From: Candidatus Spongiihabitans sp.
Lineage (GTDB): Bacteria > Pseudomonadota > Gammaproteobacteria > Arenicellales > Poriferihabitantaceae
Length of the DNA: 64,000 bases
Assembly: GCF_965247905.1 (NCBI RefSeq)
Contig: NZ_OZ252047.1
Coordinates: forward strand, 2,073,304 to 2,137,303
Reading direction: 5' to 3'
The notes under the pieces are model-generated. The model did not search any database and was not told the origin of the DNA. It saw nothing but the letters and a program-made list of their open reading frames with translations. Shown here piece by piece: positions 1 through 8,293 of the stretch. Positions within the stretch are counted from its first letter, which is position 1. Every line of letters starts with the position of its first letter. Both the position numbers and the translations under genes were made by a program.

Positions 1-48
1 TTTTCAAACATCCATCGTCTCGCTAATTATAGTTGCTTATGTAGTGCG

Positions 49-92
49 CCTGAGTCGGGTACCTGAGTCAGGTACCTGAGTCGAGTACCTGA
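49..92. repeat. 13-bp tandem repeat, about 3.4 copies (cctgagtcRRgta)
   Basis: Units cctgagtcgggta 49-61, cctgagtcaggta 62-74, cctgagtcgagta 75-87, cctga 88-92; no spacers. Confidence 0.9.
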
Positions 93-109
93 TCGCGCAA
101 TTAAGCATA

Positions 110-1030
110 CTAATGAAAAAAATCGAACCAGGCATGTTCTTTATTTTCTTTAACAAAATCTTCCAGCATCCGTTTATAAATTGTCATGGCCTGGCGGGTC
201 TGCTGCCCGCCCCCGGACGGGAACTCAATCTTGCTTCCGCCGACCGAATATAATGCGCGAACCGGCATGACCTCGCGGGTGGCGCTGGTTACGAAACACT
301 CCGTGGCATCGGCGAGTTCTTTACTATGGATGGGCCGTTGCACAACCTCAATATTGGCATCGGCAAACAATGAAATCAGCGAACGCCGGGTCAGTCCATC
401 GAGGTTGCCGCCCGCCGGCGTAACCAGTTTTCCATCCACCACGAACCAAACATTGCTGTTTGAGCACTCGGTGACCAGCCCGTTTGCATCAAGCATCAAG
501 CAATCATCGGCGCCGCGTTTTTTGGCTTCGCCCAATGCAATAATATTGTTCAAATAATTTCCGCCCTTGATATTGGGATCGAGACTGTTCACGCTATTGC
601 GGCGCAATTTCGGCACCGCCAGGGTCACCCCGTTATCATAGAATTCCCGATTCCACTGCGGCGCGGCCTTGACAATAATCACCAACCTGGTTTGCAGCGA
701 CAGTTCAGGATTAAGATCAATCGGGCCTTCGCCGCGCGTAATCTGGTAGCGCGTATAAACATCTTCTCCGGCAGCCGGCAAACTTGCACGGACAGTGCGC
801 TTCACCGCATCGATAATTTCCTGCTTGCTTTGATTGATGTTCATTTCGATCAACCGCGCCGAATTCAACAGCCTTTGATAATGCTCATCAAACAGAAACG
901 GGATGCCGGAATAAGTTCTAAACACCTCATACACCGAATCGCCATACAGAAACCCCCGGTCTGCCACCGGAATGCGCGTATCCGCCAAACCGCTAATCGC
1001 CCCATCAATGTAGCCAACCGCTTTAACCAA
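110..1030 (-). CDS. PLP-dependent class IV aminotransferase (branched-chain/D-amino-acid aminotransferase or ADC-lyase family)
   Basis: DRGFLYGDSVYEVFR, IKGGNYL (PLP Lys), VTECSNSNVW, LDGLTR and FVTSATREVMPV are typical fold-type IV motifs; TTG start. Confidence 0.88.
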   Translation of the reverse strand: MVKAVGYIDGAISGLADTRIPVADRGFLYGDSVYEVFRTYSGIPFLFDEHYQRLLNSARLIEMNINQSKQEIIDAVKRTVRASLPAAGEDVYTRYQITRGEGPIDLNPELSLQTRLVIIVKAAPQWNREFYDNGVTLAVPKLRRNSVNSLDPNIKGGNYLNNIIALGEAKKRGADDCLMLDANGLVTECSNSNVWFVVDGKLVTPAGGNLDGLTRRSLISLFADANIEVVQRPIHSKELADATECFVTSATREVMPVRALYSVGGSKIEFPSGGGQQTRQAMTIYKRMLEDFVKENKEHAWFDFFH

Positions 1031-1059
1031 GTTAATCTCCCGGTAATTTCAGTCAATGT

Positions 1060-2202
1060 TCAGTTAGCACTGGCATTATCGCCATGGACGGCGTGTATGC
1101 CGCGGGCGCAGGATGCGCAGGAGCGGCCGGCGTATCGACCATATCCTGCCCCGCCATTCACGCCATCATGGGCATGATGGCGCGCGCCCATCGGCGCCGC
1201 GTTGGCGTTGGCGTTGGCGTCCGCGTCAACCCATTTTAACGCTTCATGAATCACTTCAATCCCTGCATTTTTCTTGGCACCGTGTTCAGACAGATACCTG
1301 CGCCATCTTTTGGCGCCGGGTTGCGCATGAAAAAGTCCGAGCATGTGCCGCGTCATACGACCGAGATAAACCCCCTTGCTCAACTGTTTTTCCACATAAG
1401 GCAAATAGGCATGCACAATATCCCGGCGGCTTTGCACTGGCGCGAGGCGACCTGAACTCGACTCGTCGCAGGCAAAAAAATAATCGTCAATTTCCTTGAT
1501 TATCCAGGGATTTTGGTAAGCCTCGCGACCGGCCATCACGCCGTCCACCCTGGACAGGTGATGCTCAATTTGATCGACGCTGGTGATGCCGCCGTTTAAG
1601 GTAAATTGAACACTTGGAAAATCCTGCTTCAAGCGATAGACCCGGTCGTAGCGCAGCGGCGGCAGATTGCGGTTTTGTTTCGGACTCAAGCCTTTCAGCC
1701 ACGCCTTTCGGGCATGAATAATAAAATGTCGGCAACCGGCATCCGAGACGGTGTTGATGAAACTGGCCAGATGTTCATAACTATCGCGATGGTCGATGCC
1801 AATTCGGGTTTTCACCGTGACCGGAATGGCAACGCGGCTGACCATGCGCTCAATGCAGTCCGCCACCAACTGCGGTTGCGCCATCAGGCACGCGCCGAAT
1901 TGCGCGCTTTTAACTCGGTCACTGGGGCAGCCGATGTTTAGATTGACTTCATCGTAGCCCCATTGTTCCGCTAACTGCGCGCAAAAACTGAGTGCTTCCG
2001 GATCGCAGCCACCGAGTTGCAACGCCACAGGATGCTCGCAAGGATCAAATCTTAAAAATCGTTCTCGGTCGCCATGCATGATGGAACCGACCACCACCAT
2101 TTCCGTGTATAGCCGGACATGGCGGGAAAACAGCCGAAAAAATGCCCGACAATGCCGGTCGGTACGGTCAAGCATAGGGGCGATGGAAAAATATGAATTC
2201 AC
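1060..2202 (-). CDS. dusA: tRNA-dihydrouridine(20/20a) synthase DusA with a repeat-derived C-terminal extension
   Basis: APMLDRTDRHCR, LNIGCPSDRV (catalytic Cys), VTVKTRIGID, HARKAWLKGLSPKQNR, GQPGAKRWRRYLS-like tail; GTG start. Confidence 0.93.
   Translation of the reverse strand: MNSYFSIAPMLDRTDRHCRAFFRLFSRHVRLYTEMVVVGSIMHGDRERFLRFDPCEHPVALQLGGCDPEALSFCAQLAEQWGYDEVNLNIGCPSDRVKSAQFGACLMAQPQLVADCIERMVSRVAIPVTVKTRIGIDHRDSYEHLASFINTVSDAGCRHFIIHARKAWLKGLSPKQNRNLPPLRYDRVYRLKQDFPSVQFTLNGGITSVDQIEHHLSRVDGVMAGREAYQNPWIIKEIDDYFFACDESSSGRLAPVQSRRDIVHAYLPYVEKQLSKGVYLGRMTRHMLGLFHAQPGAKRWRRYLSEHGAKKNAGIEVIHEALKWVDADANANANAAPMGARHHAHDGVNGGAGYGRYAGRSCASCARGIHAVHGDNASAN
1072..1218. repeat. Hairpin and hexamer-repeat segment inside the dusA 3' end
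   Basis: Imperfect hairpin 1072-1101; perfect 10-bp arms cgccatcatg (1161-1170) / catgatggcg (1173-1182); (gttggc)x3 at 1201-1218. Confidence 0.7.
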
Positions 2203-2375
2203 AATAACAAGGCGAAATAGCGAGCCGGCAAGATGGAAATAGTTTTAGAATGTCCCGAATAATGCCACTCTGACACGCTAAGGGCAACAAAATCCGCCCA
2301 ACAAATTCATCAAACAAATTCATCAGACAAATTAATTAAAGGTGGGTTGATTTTCTCGCTCACTGCATCCACTCT

Positions 2376-3998
2376 ATGGCTATCACAATAACAAGTCCCG
2401 CCGTGCCTGAAAATATTGAACAAACCCTGGATGCCCTGGTTTCGCGAGGAATCGAAAAACATCTGGGCAACTTGCAACGCGGTATAGAGAAGGAAAGCTT
2501 GCGGGTCGATTCGAATGGATTGCTCGCGCAAACCCCGCACCCCTACAAATTGGGATCGGCGTTAACCCACCCGATGATCACCACGGATTACTGCGAATCC
2601 CTGCTCGAATTTGTTACTCCGGTGCATAATAATATCGACAGCCTGCTGCAGGAACTCCAGGATATTCATCATTTCACCTACCAGCACATTGGCGATGAAA
2701 AACTCTGGGTGAACAGCATGCCGTGCATCGTTGAAAGCGAGGAAAAAATTCCGATTGCCCGTTACGGCTCATCCAATGTCGCTAAAATGAAGGAAGCCTA
2801 TCGCCGTGGTCTGAGTCACCGTTATGGTTCATTGATGCAAACCATTGCCGGCATCCATTTCAATTTTTCCATGCCGGATTCATTTTGGCGCGATTATTTT
2901 GCGTGCGATTCAGCCGGCGAATTGCCCGCGCACTCGCCTTACCAAGCGCGAAAATCGGAGCAGTATTTTTCCTTGATCAGGAACTTCCATCACCATTCCT
3001 GGATCGGCAGTTATTTGTTTGGCGCGTCGCCTGCGGTTTGTCGATCTTTTCTCAGAGGGCGCGAGCACATACTCGAAGATTTTGAGGCGCATAGTTTCTA
3101 CGCCGCCAACGCCACCTCATTGCGATTGAGCAAATTGGGATACAGCAATGATGCGCAGGCCGGCATTGAAATTAACTACAACGGCATCGACCACTTTGTG
3201 CAATCGTTGAGACGCGCCATTCAGACGGTGAATCCCGCTTACGAAAAATTTGGCGTCAACATCAATGGCCAATACCAACAACTCAACGCCAACCTGCTGC
3301 AAATCGAAAATGAATTTTATGCTTCAATTCGCCCGAAACGGGTCGCCGCCTCAGGCGAAAGTCCGTCCCGAGCGCTTTTGCAACGAGGCGTGGAATATAT
3401 CGAAGTGCGCAGCATCGATTTAAACCCGTTCACGCCGCTCGGAATTGATGCCGACTGCATTCGTTTTATGGACGTGTTATTGCTCTATTGCCTGTTTTCG
3501 GATAGCGCCCCATTGAGCCCGGATGATTTTCGGGCGGCGCAGGCAAACCAACAAAAAATTGTCATGCAGGGACGGGATGGGCATCTCAAAATGAATACTG
3601 ATCGGGGAGAAAAATCCGCTAAGGCTGCGATGATGGCACTGCTTGGTCAAATGCGCCCAGTCGCGGAACTGTTGGATCAAGCAAATAATTCAAATGGTTA
3701 TCGATCCATGATGACGCAACAAATCAACAAGGTTGAAGATTCGGCGCTCACGCCTTCGGCACGAATCATTAATCGGATGCGCTCGGAAAATCTCAGCTTC
3801 TATGAATTTTCGACCGAGATGTCAGAGAACTCCGAAAGGCTGTTCAAACAAAAATGCCTCGCCCCCGAGACCAATCAAAAATTTGAAAATCTTGCCGCGC
3901 AATCCCATGCCGCGCAACTTGAAATAGAAAGCGGCGATACGTTATCTTTTGATGAATTTCTTGAAGATTACTTTGAGCGGCAGAATGCACTCCAGTAA
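2376..3998 (+). CDS. gshA: Glutamate--cysteine ligase
   Basis: RGIEKESLRV, ITTDYCESLLEFVTP, IAGIHFNFS, LQIENEFY..IRPKR, GVEYIEVRSIDLNPF. Confidence 0.96.
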   Translation: MAITITSPAVPENIEQTLDALVSRGIEKHLGNLQRGIEKESLRVDSNGLLAQTPHPYKLGSALTHPMITTDYCESLLEFVTPVHNNIDSLLQELQDIHHFTYQHIGDEKLWVNSMPCIVESEEKIPIARYGSSNVAKMKEAYRRGLSHRYGSLMQTIAGIHFNFSMPDSFWRDYFACDSAGELPAHSPYQARKSEQYFSLIRNFHHHSWIGSYLFGASPAVCRSFLRGREHILEDFEAHSFYAANATSLRLSKLGYSNDAQAGIEINYNGIDHFVQSLRRAIQTVNPAYEKFGVNINGQYQQLNANLLQIENEFYASIRPKRVAASGESPSRALLQRGVEYIEVRSIDLNPFTPLGIDADCIRFMDVLLLYCLFSDSAPLSPDDFRAAQANQQKIVMQGRDGHLKMNTDRGEKSAKAAMMALLGQMRPVAELLDQANNSNGYRSMMTQQINKVEDSALTPSARIINRMRSENLSFYEFSTEMSENSERLFKQKCLAPETNQKFENLAAQSHAAQLEIESGDTLSFDEFLEDYFERQNALQ

Positions 3999-4007
3999 GC
4001 GATCGAC

Positions 4008-4045
4008 CGCGCCGAATATTTTCTTGCCAATCGGCGTGCTAAAAT
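4008..4045 (+). promoter_or_regulatory. Stem-loop overlapping an extended -10 element upstream of the trans-sulfuration gene
   Basis: cgcgccga (4008-4015) pairs with tcggcgtg (4031-4038) using one G-U pair; TG-c-TAAAAT at 4037-4045. Confidence 0.4.
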
Positions 4046-4085
4046 GTGAACCTGTTTTTCACGCTGACAGTCATCAGGGCAACCC

Positions 4086-5255
4086 ATGAGCACCGACCCA
4101 CAACCCGACTTTAAAACCAGAGAAGTTCACGCCGGCGTCCGGCCCGATCCAGTGACCGGCGCGATTTTAACGCCCATCTACCAATCAACCACCTATGTCC
4201 AGGAATCGGTGGAAAAATATCTTGACAAGGGCTATTCATACAGCCGCTCGGGCAATCCCACGGTGACCGCTTTGGAAGATCGGATCACGGCATTGGAGGG
4301 CGGCGCGGGCAGCGCCTGTTTTGCCACCGGCATGGCCGCCACCAGCGCGGTGATGATGGCCATGCTCAACGCCGGTGATCATGCCGTATTGTCAGACGTG
4401 GTTTATGGCGGCACCCACCGACTCTGCACCAAGGTGTTGGCGCGCTTTGGCGTGGCATACAGTTTTGTCGACACCGCAAATCCGCAAGCCGTGGCCGCCG
4501 CGTTGCGCGACAACACCAAACTGATTTTCACCGAAACTCCCGCGAATCCGACCTTGAAACTCACCGATATTGCGGCGCTGTCCGAAATCGCCAAAGCCAA
4601 AGGCATTCCGCATGTCTGCGACAACACATTCCTGACCCCGTACTACCAACGCCCGCTGGAATTAGGCGCCGATGTGTCGTTGCATAGCACAACCAAATTC
4701 ATGGAAGGGCATAATGTCAGCGTTGGCGGCTCGATTACCGCCGCGGATGAAGCGCAGTTGGAAGCGATAAAGTTTATCCGAAATTGTCTGGGCAGCAACA
4801 TGTCGCCGATGGTGGCCTTCTATACCTTGCAAGGATGCAAGACCATGAGCACCCGGCTGGAAGCGCAATCCGCCAACGCGCTCAAAATCGCGAATTTTCT
4901 TGAAGCCCACGCCATGGTGGAACGAGTCGCCTACCCGGGCTTGGATTCATTTCCGCAAAAAGCGCTGGCCGACCGCCAGGCCAGCGGGCACGGTTCCATG
5001 CTGTGGTTTGAAGTCAAAGGCGGCGTGACCACGGGCAAGAAATTGATGGCCAGGTTGCAACTATGGAGCCTGGCGGAAAACCTCGGTTCAGTGGAATCCA
5101 TGGTCACCCATTCGGTCACCATGACCCATGCCGACATGCCTCGGGAAGAACGCATGAAGGCGGGAATCACCGATGGCTTGGTGCGATTGTCCGCAGGGCT
5201 TGAGTCTGCGGATGATCTGATTGCCGATTTAAAACAAGCCCTGGACGGATTGTAA
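4086..5255 (+). CDS. Cystathionine gamma-synthase/gamma-lyase family PLP enzyme (Cys/Met metabolism)
   Basis: PIYQSTTY, YSRSGNPT, ETPANPT, DNTF.TP, HSTTKFMEGH (PLP Lys), LAENLGSVES, GLVRLSAGLE. Confidence 0.92.
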   Translation: MSTDPQPDFKTREVHAGVRPDPVTGAILTPIYQSTTYVQESVEKYLDKGYSYSRSGNPTVTALEDRITALEGGAGSACFATGMAATSAVMMAMLNAGDHAVLSDVVYGGTHRLCTKVLARFGVAYSFVDTANPQAVAAALRDNTKLIFTETPANPTLKLTDIAALSEIAKAKGIPHVCDNTFLTPYYQRPLELGADVSLHSTTKFMEGHNVSVGGSITAADEAQLEAIKFIRNCLGSNMSPMVAFYTLQGCKTMSTRLEAQSANALKIANFLEAHAMVERVAYPGLDSFPQKALADRQASGHGSMLWFEVKGGVTTGKKLMARLQLWSLAENLGSVESMVTHSVTMTHADMPREERMKAGITDGLVRLSAGLESADDLIADLKQALDGL

Positions 5256-5342
5256 AAACGGATTGCAAGACACAACTCGTACCCGTCGGCGTATTGTCGG
5301 GTAAAGTTTTTACTTCGGCACTTGCGATGCAATTCAATTCAC

Positions 5343-5419
5343 GCCCCGGTAGCTCAGTCGGATAGAGCGGCCGCCTCCTAAGCGGCAGGTCGGAGGTTCA
5401 AATCCTCTCCGGGGCGCCA
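5343..5419 (+). tRNA. tRNA-Arg (anticodon CCT)
   Basis: Acceptor GCCCCGG/CCGGGGC, discriminator G plus encoded CCA; D-arm AGCTCAGTCGGATAGAGC; anticodon arm GCCGC-CTCCTAA-GCGGC; T-loop GGTTCAAATCC. Confidence 0.97.
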
Positions 5420-5541
5420 GTTTTTCTAAATTTTGTTGACCAAGCAACTATTGGCTTTCCATATCAGTGTTTTCCAAGGATAAGTTTCGCAAATATTGAT
5501 TGTCGTTTTCTGGCATAGCCTATTTCCGGTCACGGTCGAGA

Positions 5542-5550
5542 TGGTATAAT
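5542..5550 (+). promoter_or_regulatory. Extended -10 promoter element for the methyltransferase
   Basis: TG-G-TATAAT perfect match, about 30 nt upstream of the ORF start. Confidence 0.55.
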
Positions 5551-5581
5551 AAATTAAGAAAATCAATGACCCAAAAGCCAC

Positions 5582-6862
5582 TTGTATTTAGAGAGTAAAA
5601 AGTATGAAATTCAAAATATGAAATACGAAGACTATAGTTGGGATTTTCGCCATGCCGACACCAAAGAACTTACGCATTGCATTCATGCCTATCCGGCAAT
5701 GATGATTCCACAAATCGCAAGAAGATTATTGCGAAAATATGGCTCTTCATCCGAACTATTGTTCGACCCTTATTGTGGTAGCGGAACTTCACTGTTGGAA
5801 GCGAATATGATAAATATAAATGCAATCGGAGCCGACTTGAATCCACTGGCTCGATTGATTGCGAATACAAAAACAACCCCAATCGATATGCAGACTTTGG
5901 ATTTATATCTAAAGGATTTTCACGATTATTCCTTTAATTTTCAGTTTAATATCCGGCAGTCATTTTCCATCGTTATTCCGCAATTTGACAATATTAATTT
6001 TTGGTTTAATGAAAATACACTGAAAAAACTCGCTTTGATTAAGAAATATATCGACAATATTAAATTACCAAAAGTTAAAAATTTTTTTCTGATCGCATTT
6101 AGTGAAACAGTGCGTGAATCATCGCTGACAAAAAAGAGCGAATTCAAATTAGTGCGTATTCCAGAAGAGAAGCGCGAGGTTTTTAATCCTGATAGTTTTG
6201 GAATTATGCTTGCCAAATTATCCCGCAACAAACAAGGACTTGCAAATTTTATTCAGCAAAAACGAAATAGCGCCTTCTCAAAAATATATGATTTCAATAC
6301 TGTGCATTCCATGCCAAAGAATCTTGTTTCAGATGAGTCCATCGACATTGTCATCACCTCTCCGCCATATGGCGATTCGAGAACCACTGTTGCCTATGGC
6401 CAGTATTCGCGACTTGCCAATCAGTGGATGGGAATAAAAAATGCTTCAAGTATCGATAAAAGCTTGATGGGGGGCGTGAAATATCACGCTGATTTTAATT
6501 TTGATTCCGCGCATTTACGCAAAATATTGGAGAAAATAAACCACCAGGATTCTAAGCGCGGCAAGGAAGTGGAATCATTTTTCATTGATTATAAAAACTC
6601 AATAGACAACGTTTCAAAAACGATTAAGAGAAAGGGAATTGTTTGTTATGTGGTCGGAAACAGAACGGTGAAAGATATTAATATCCCGATGGATTTAATC
6701 ACTCAGGATTTTTTTGAAAACAATGGTTTTGGACATTTGGAAACCATTATAAGAAACATACCAAACAAAAGAATGCCGTCCGAAAATTCCCCCTCGAATA
6801 TTCCAGGAAAAAAATCGACGACAATGAAAAACGAGTTTATCGTGGTTTTCGAGAAACATTAA
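5582..6862 (+). CDS. Type II DNA methyltransferase, probably N4-cytosine (M.MvaI-like, motif I before motif IV); alternative ATG start at 5618
   Basis: THCIHAYPAMMIP, motif I LFDPYCGSGT, motif IV ITSPPYGD; visibly AT-rich compared with flanks. Confidence 0.88.
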   Translation: MYLESKKYEIQNMKYEDYSWDFRHADTKELTHCIHAYPAMMIPQIARRLLRKYGSSSELLFDPYCGSGTSLLEANMININAIGADLNPLARLIANTKTTPIDMQTLDLYLKDFHDYSFNFQFNIRQSFSIVIPQFDNINFWFNENTLKKLALIKKYIDNIKLPKVKNFFLIAFSETVRESSLTKKSEFKLVRIPEEKREVFNPDSFGIMLAKLSRNKQGLANFIQQKRNSAFSKIYDFNTVHSMPKNLVSDESIDIVITSPPYGDSRTTVAYGQYSRLANQWMGIKNASSIDKSLMGGVKYHADFNFDSAHLRKILEKINHQDSKRGKEVESFFIDYKNSIDNVSKTIKRKGIVCYVVGNRTVKDINIPMDLITQDFFENNGFGHLETIIRNIPNKRMPSENSPSNIPGKKSTTMKNEFIVVFEKH

Positions 6863-7567
6863 ATGACCTTGCAAGAAATTCAGCGTCAACTTTTGCGCTT
6901 AAAGGAAAAAGGTTTTGTTCCTTCGAGAAGAAGGGGCGCGACGGGAATCGGCCACACGCTCGAACAAGAACTTAACTTAACCGAAAGCAATTTATCTATT
7001 CCAGATATTGGCGGACGCATAGAATTAAAAGCCACGCGCAAAAATTCAAACTCATTGATCACATTATTCACTTTTAATCGATCAGTCTGGCACAGGGACA
7101 AAAAAGAAATAATCGAAAACTATGGCTATCTTGACGAAACAAATCGCCAATCCTTGTATTCCACGATTTTTTACGCGCAACAAAATCCACACAACTTAAA
7201 ACTTGAACTGGATAAATCGAATCATACGGTCCATCTGCCGCATCATTCCGGCGCATTGCTCGCCACTTGGAGCATCTACACGATAGTAGGAAAATTTATT
7301 TCCAAACTTGAAAGATTATTAGTGGTCTTAGCGGACAGCCAGACAAATGAGATCTCAGGCGGGGAAGAATTTTTGTTTAATGAAGCCTATCTTCTCGAAA
7401 ACCCGTTGCCTGATAATTTTTTGACCGCTTTTGAGAATTCACAAATCGCCATTGACCTAAGAATGCATCTCAAAACCAGCGGCGTGGTGCGAAATCACGG
7501 AACAGCTTTCCGCATAAAAGAACGCGATATTATTGATTTATACGCAGATAGAAGAAAAATTTTGTAG
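6863..7567 (+). CDS. MvaI/BcnI-family restriction endonuclease
   Basis: GATGIGHTLEQELNL.ESN...PD.GGRIELK (PD-(D/E)xK core), ITLFT, RNHGTAFRI; starts immediately after the MTase stop codon. Confidence 0.85.
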   Translation: MTLQEIQRQLLRLKEKGFVPSRRRGATGIGHTLEQELNLTESNLSIPDIGGRIELKATRKNSNSLITLFTFNRSVWHRDKKEIIENYGYLDETNRQSLYSTIFYAQQNPHNLKLELDKSNHTVHLPHHSGALLATWSIYTIVGKFISKLERLLVVLADSQTNEISGGEEFLFNEAYLLENPLPDNFLTAFENSQIAIDLRMHLKTSGVVRNHGTAFRIKERDIIDLYADRRKIL

Positions 7568-7672
7568 CCATTTGCAGTACATAAAAACCACCCAATCGGC
7601 TCCGGCAAAACACATTCATCCTGATCAACTTTGACGCACCAGTCCGAAACCTTGAGACTCATTGAAACCTAT

Positions 7673-8293
7673 TCATTGCCGCCGCGCTACATTTGGGGGT
7701 AATGTGACAACAATATGCTGGCAATGATCCCATAACGCTTGACCGAAACTGCGATAGACATACATGTTCGCGTGTTGCCGGTCCTGGAGATGGAGCATAA
7801 TGTTGAAATGACCAAACTGCGTTGAGAAGCAAGCGTCTGGTTCGCAATTGTTCAGGTCAATCGGGCAGCCGGTATAGAGAAAATCAAGCAGGTTTTCGCC
7901 TTGCATTGCCAGGCAGGTTCTGGAATGAGAGAGATCCGTTACCGTGGCATCGGTGTCTCGCAACACAGTATTTAGCTCATCGACAAAGCCAGATAGTTCG
8001 CTATTTCGACTGGAATTTTCACAAACCAGCATCCACATGCCGGGGCCATTCCACAGCGCGGTCGCATGTTCGCGGCGATAAGCGCGGCCGGCATTAAATC
8101 GACCTGCAGCAAATTGACCGGCAGTAAATCCTGTCGATGACAACGCCAGTTGCAATGCTGATGGCTCGGTCGCGCCGTTAATCTGAACGATAATTTCCGG
8201 GCGTCGCTCGGTAATGACCAGGCCATTTACCGATATTGAAGGCGCTTGATCGGCTGCTTGCTGCAATGCGGATTTTCTTTGGATGTCAACCAC
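7673..8293 (-). CDS. soxG: Sarcosine oxidase gamma subunit (GTG start at 8293 inferred)
   Basis: LWNGPGMWMLV, TDLSHSRTCL, GCPIDL, YVYRSFGQALW; last gene of soxBDAG; overlaps the soxA stop. Confidence 0.85.
   Translation of the reverse strand: MVDIQRKSALQQAADQAPSISVNGLVITERRPEIIVQINGATEPSALQLALSSTGFTAGQFAAGRFNAGRAYRREHATALWNGPGMWMLVCENSSRNSELSGFVDELNTVLRDTDATVTDLSHSRTCLAMQGENLLDFLYTGCPIDLNNCEPDACFSTQFGHFNIMLHLQDRQHANMYVYRSFGQALWDHCQHIVVTLPPNVARRQ

Noticed and set aside
49-92. Possible CRISPR array at the window start
   Set aside because: 13-bp units are directly adjacent with no spacers and no cas genes are present; this is a simple tandem repeat. No CRISPR-like repeat-spacer pattern was seen elsewhere.
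5420-7672. Prophage or integrative element at tRNA-Arg
   Set aside because: No integrase, phage genes or attR copy of the tRNA 3' end found by eye; only the RM pair remains.
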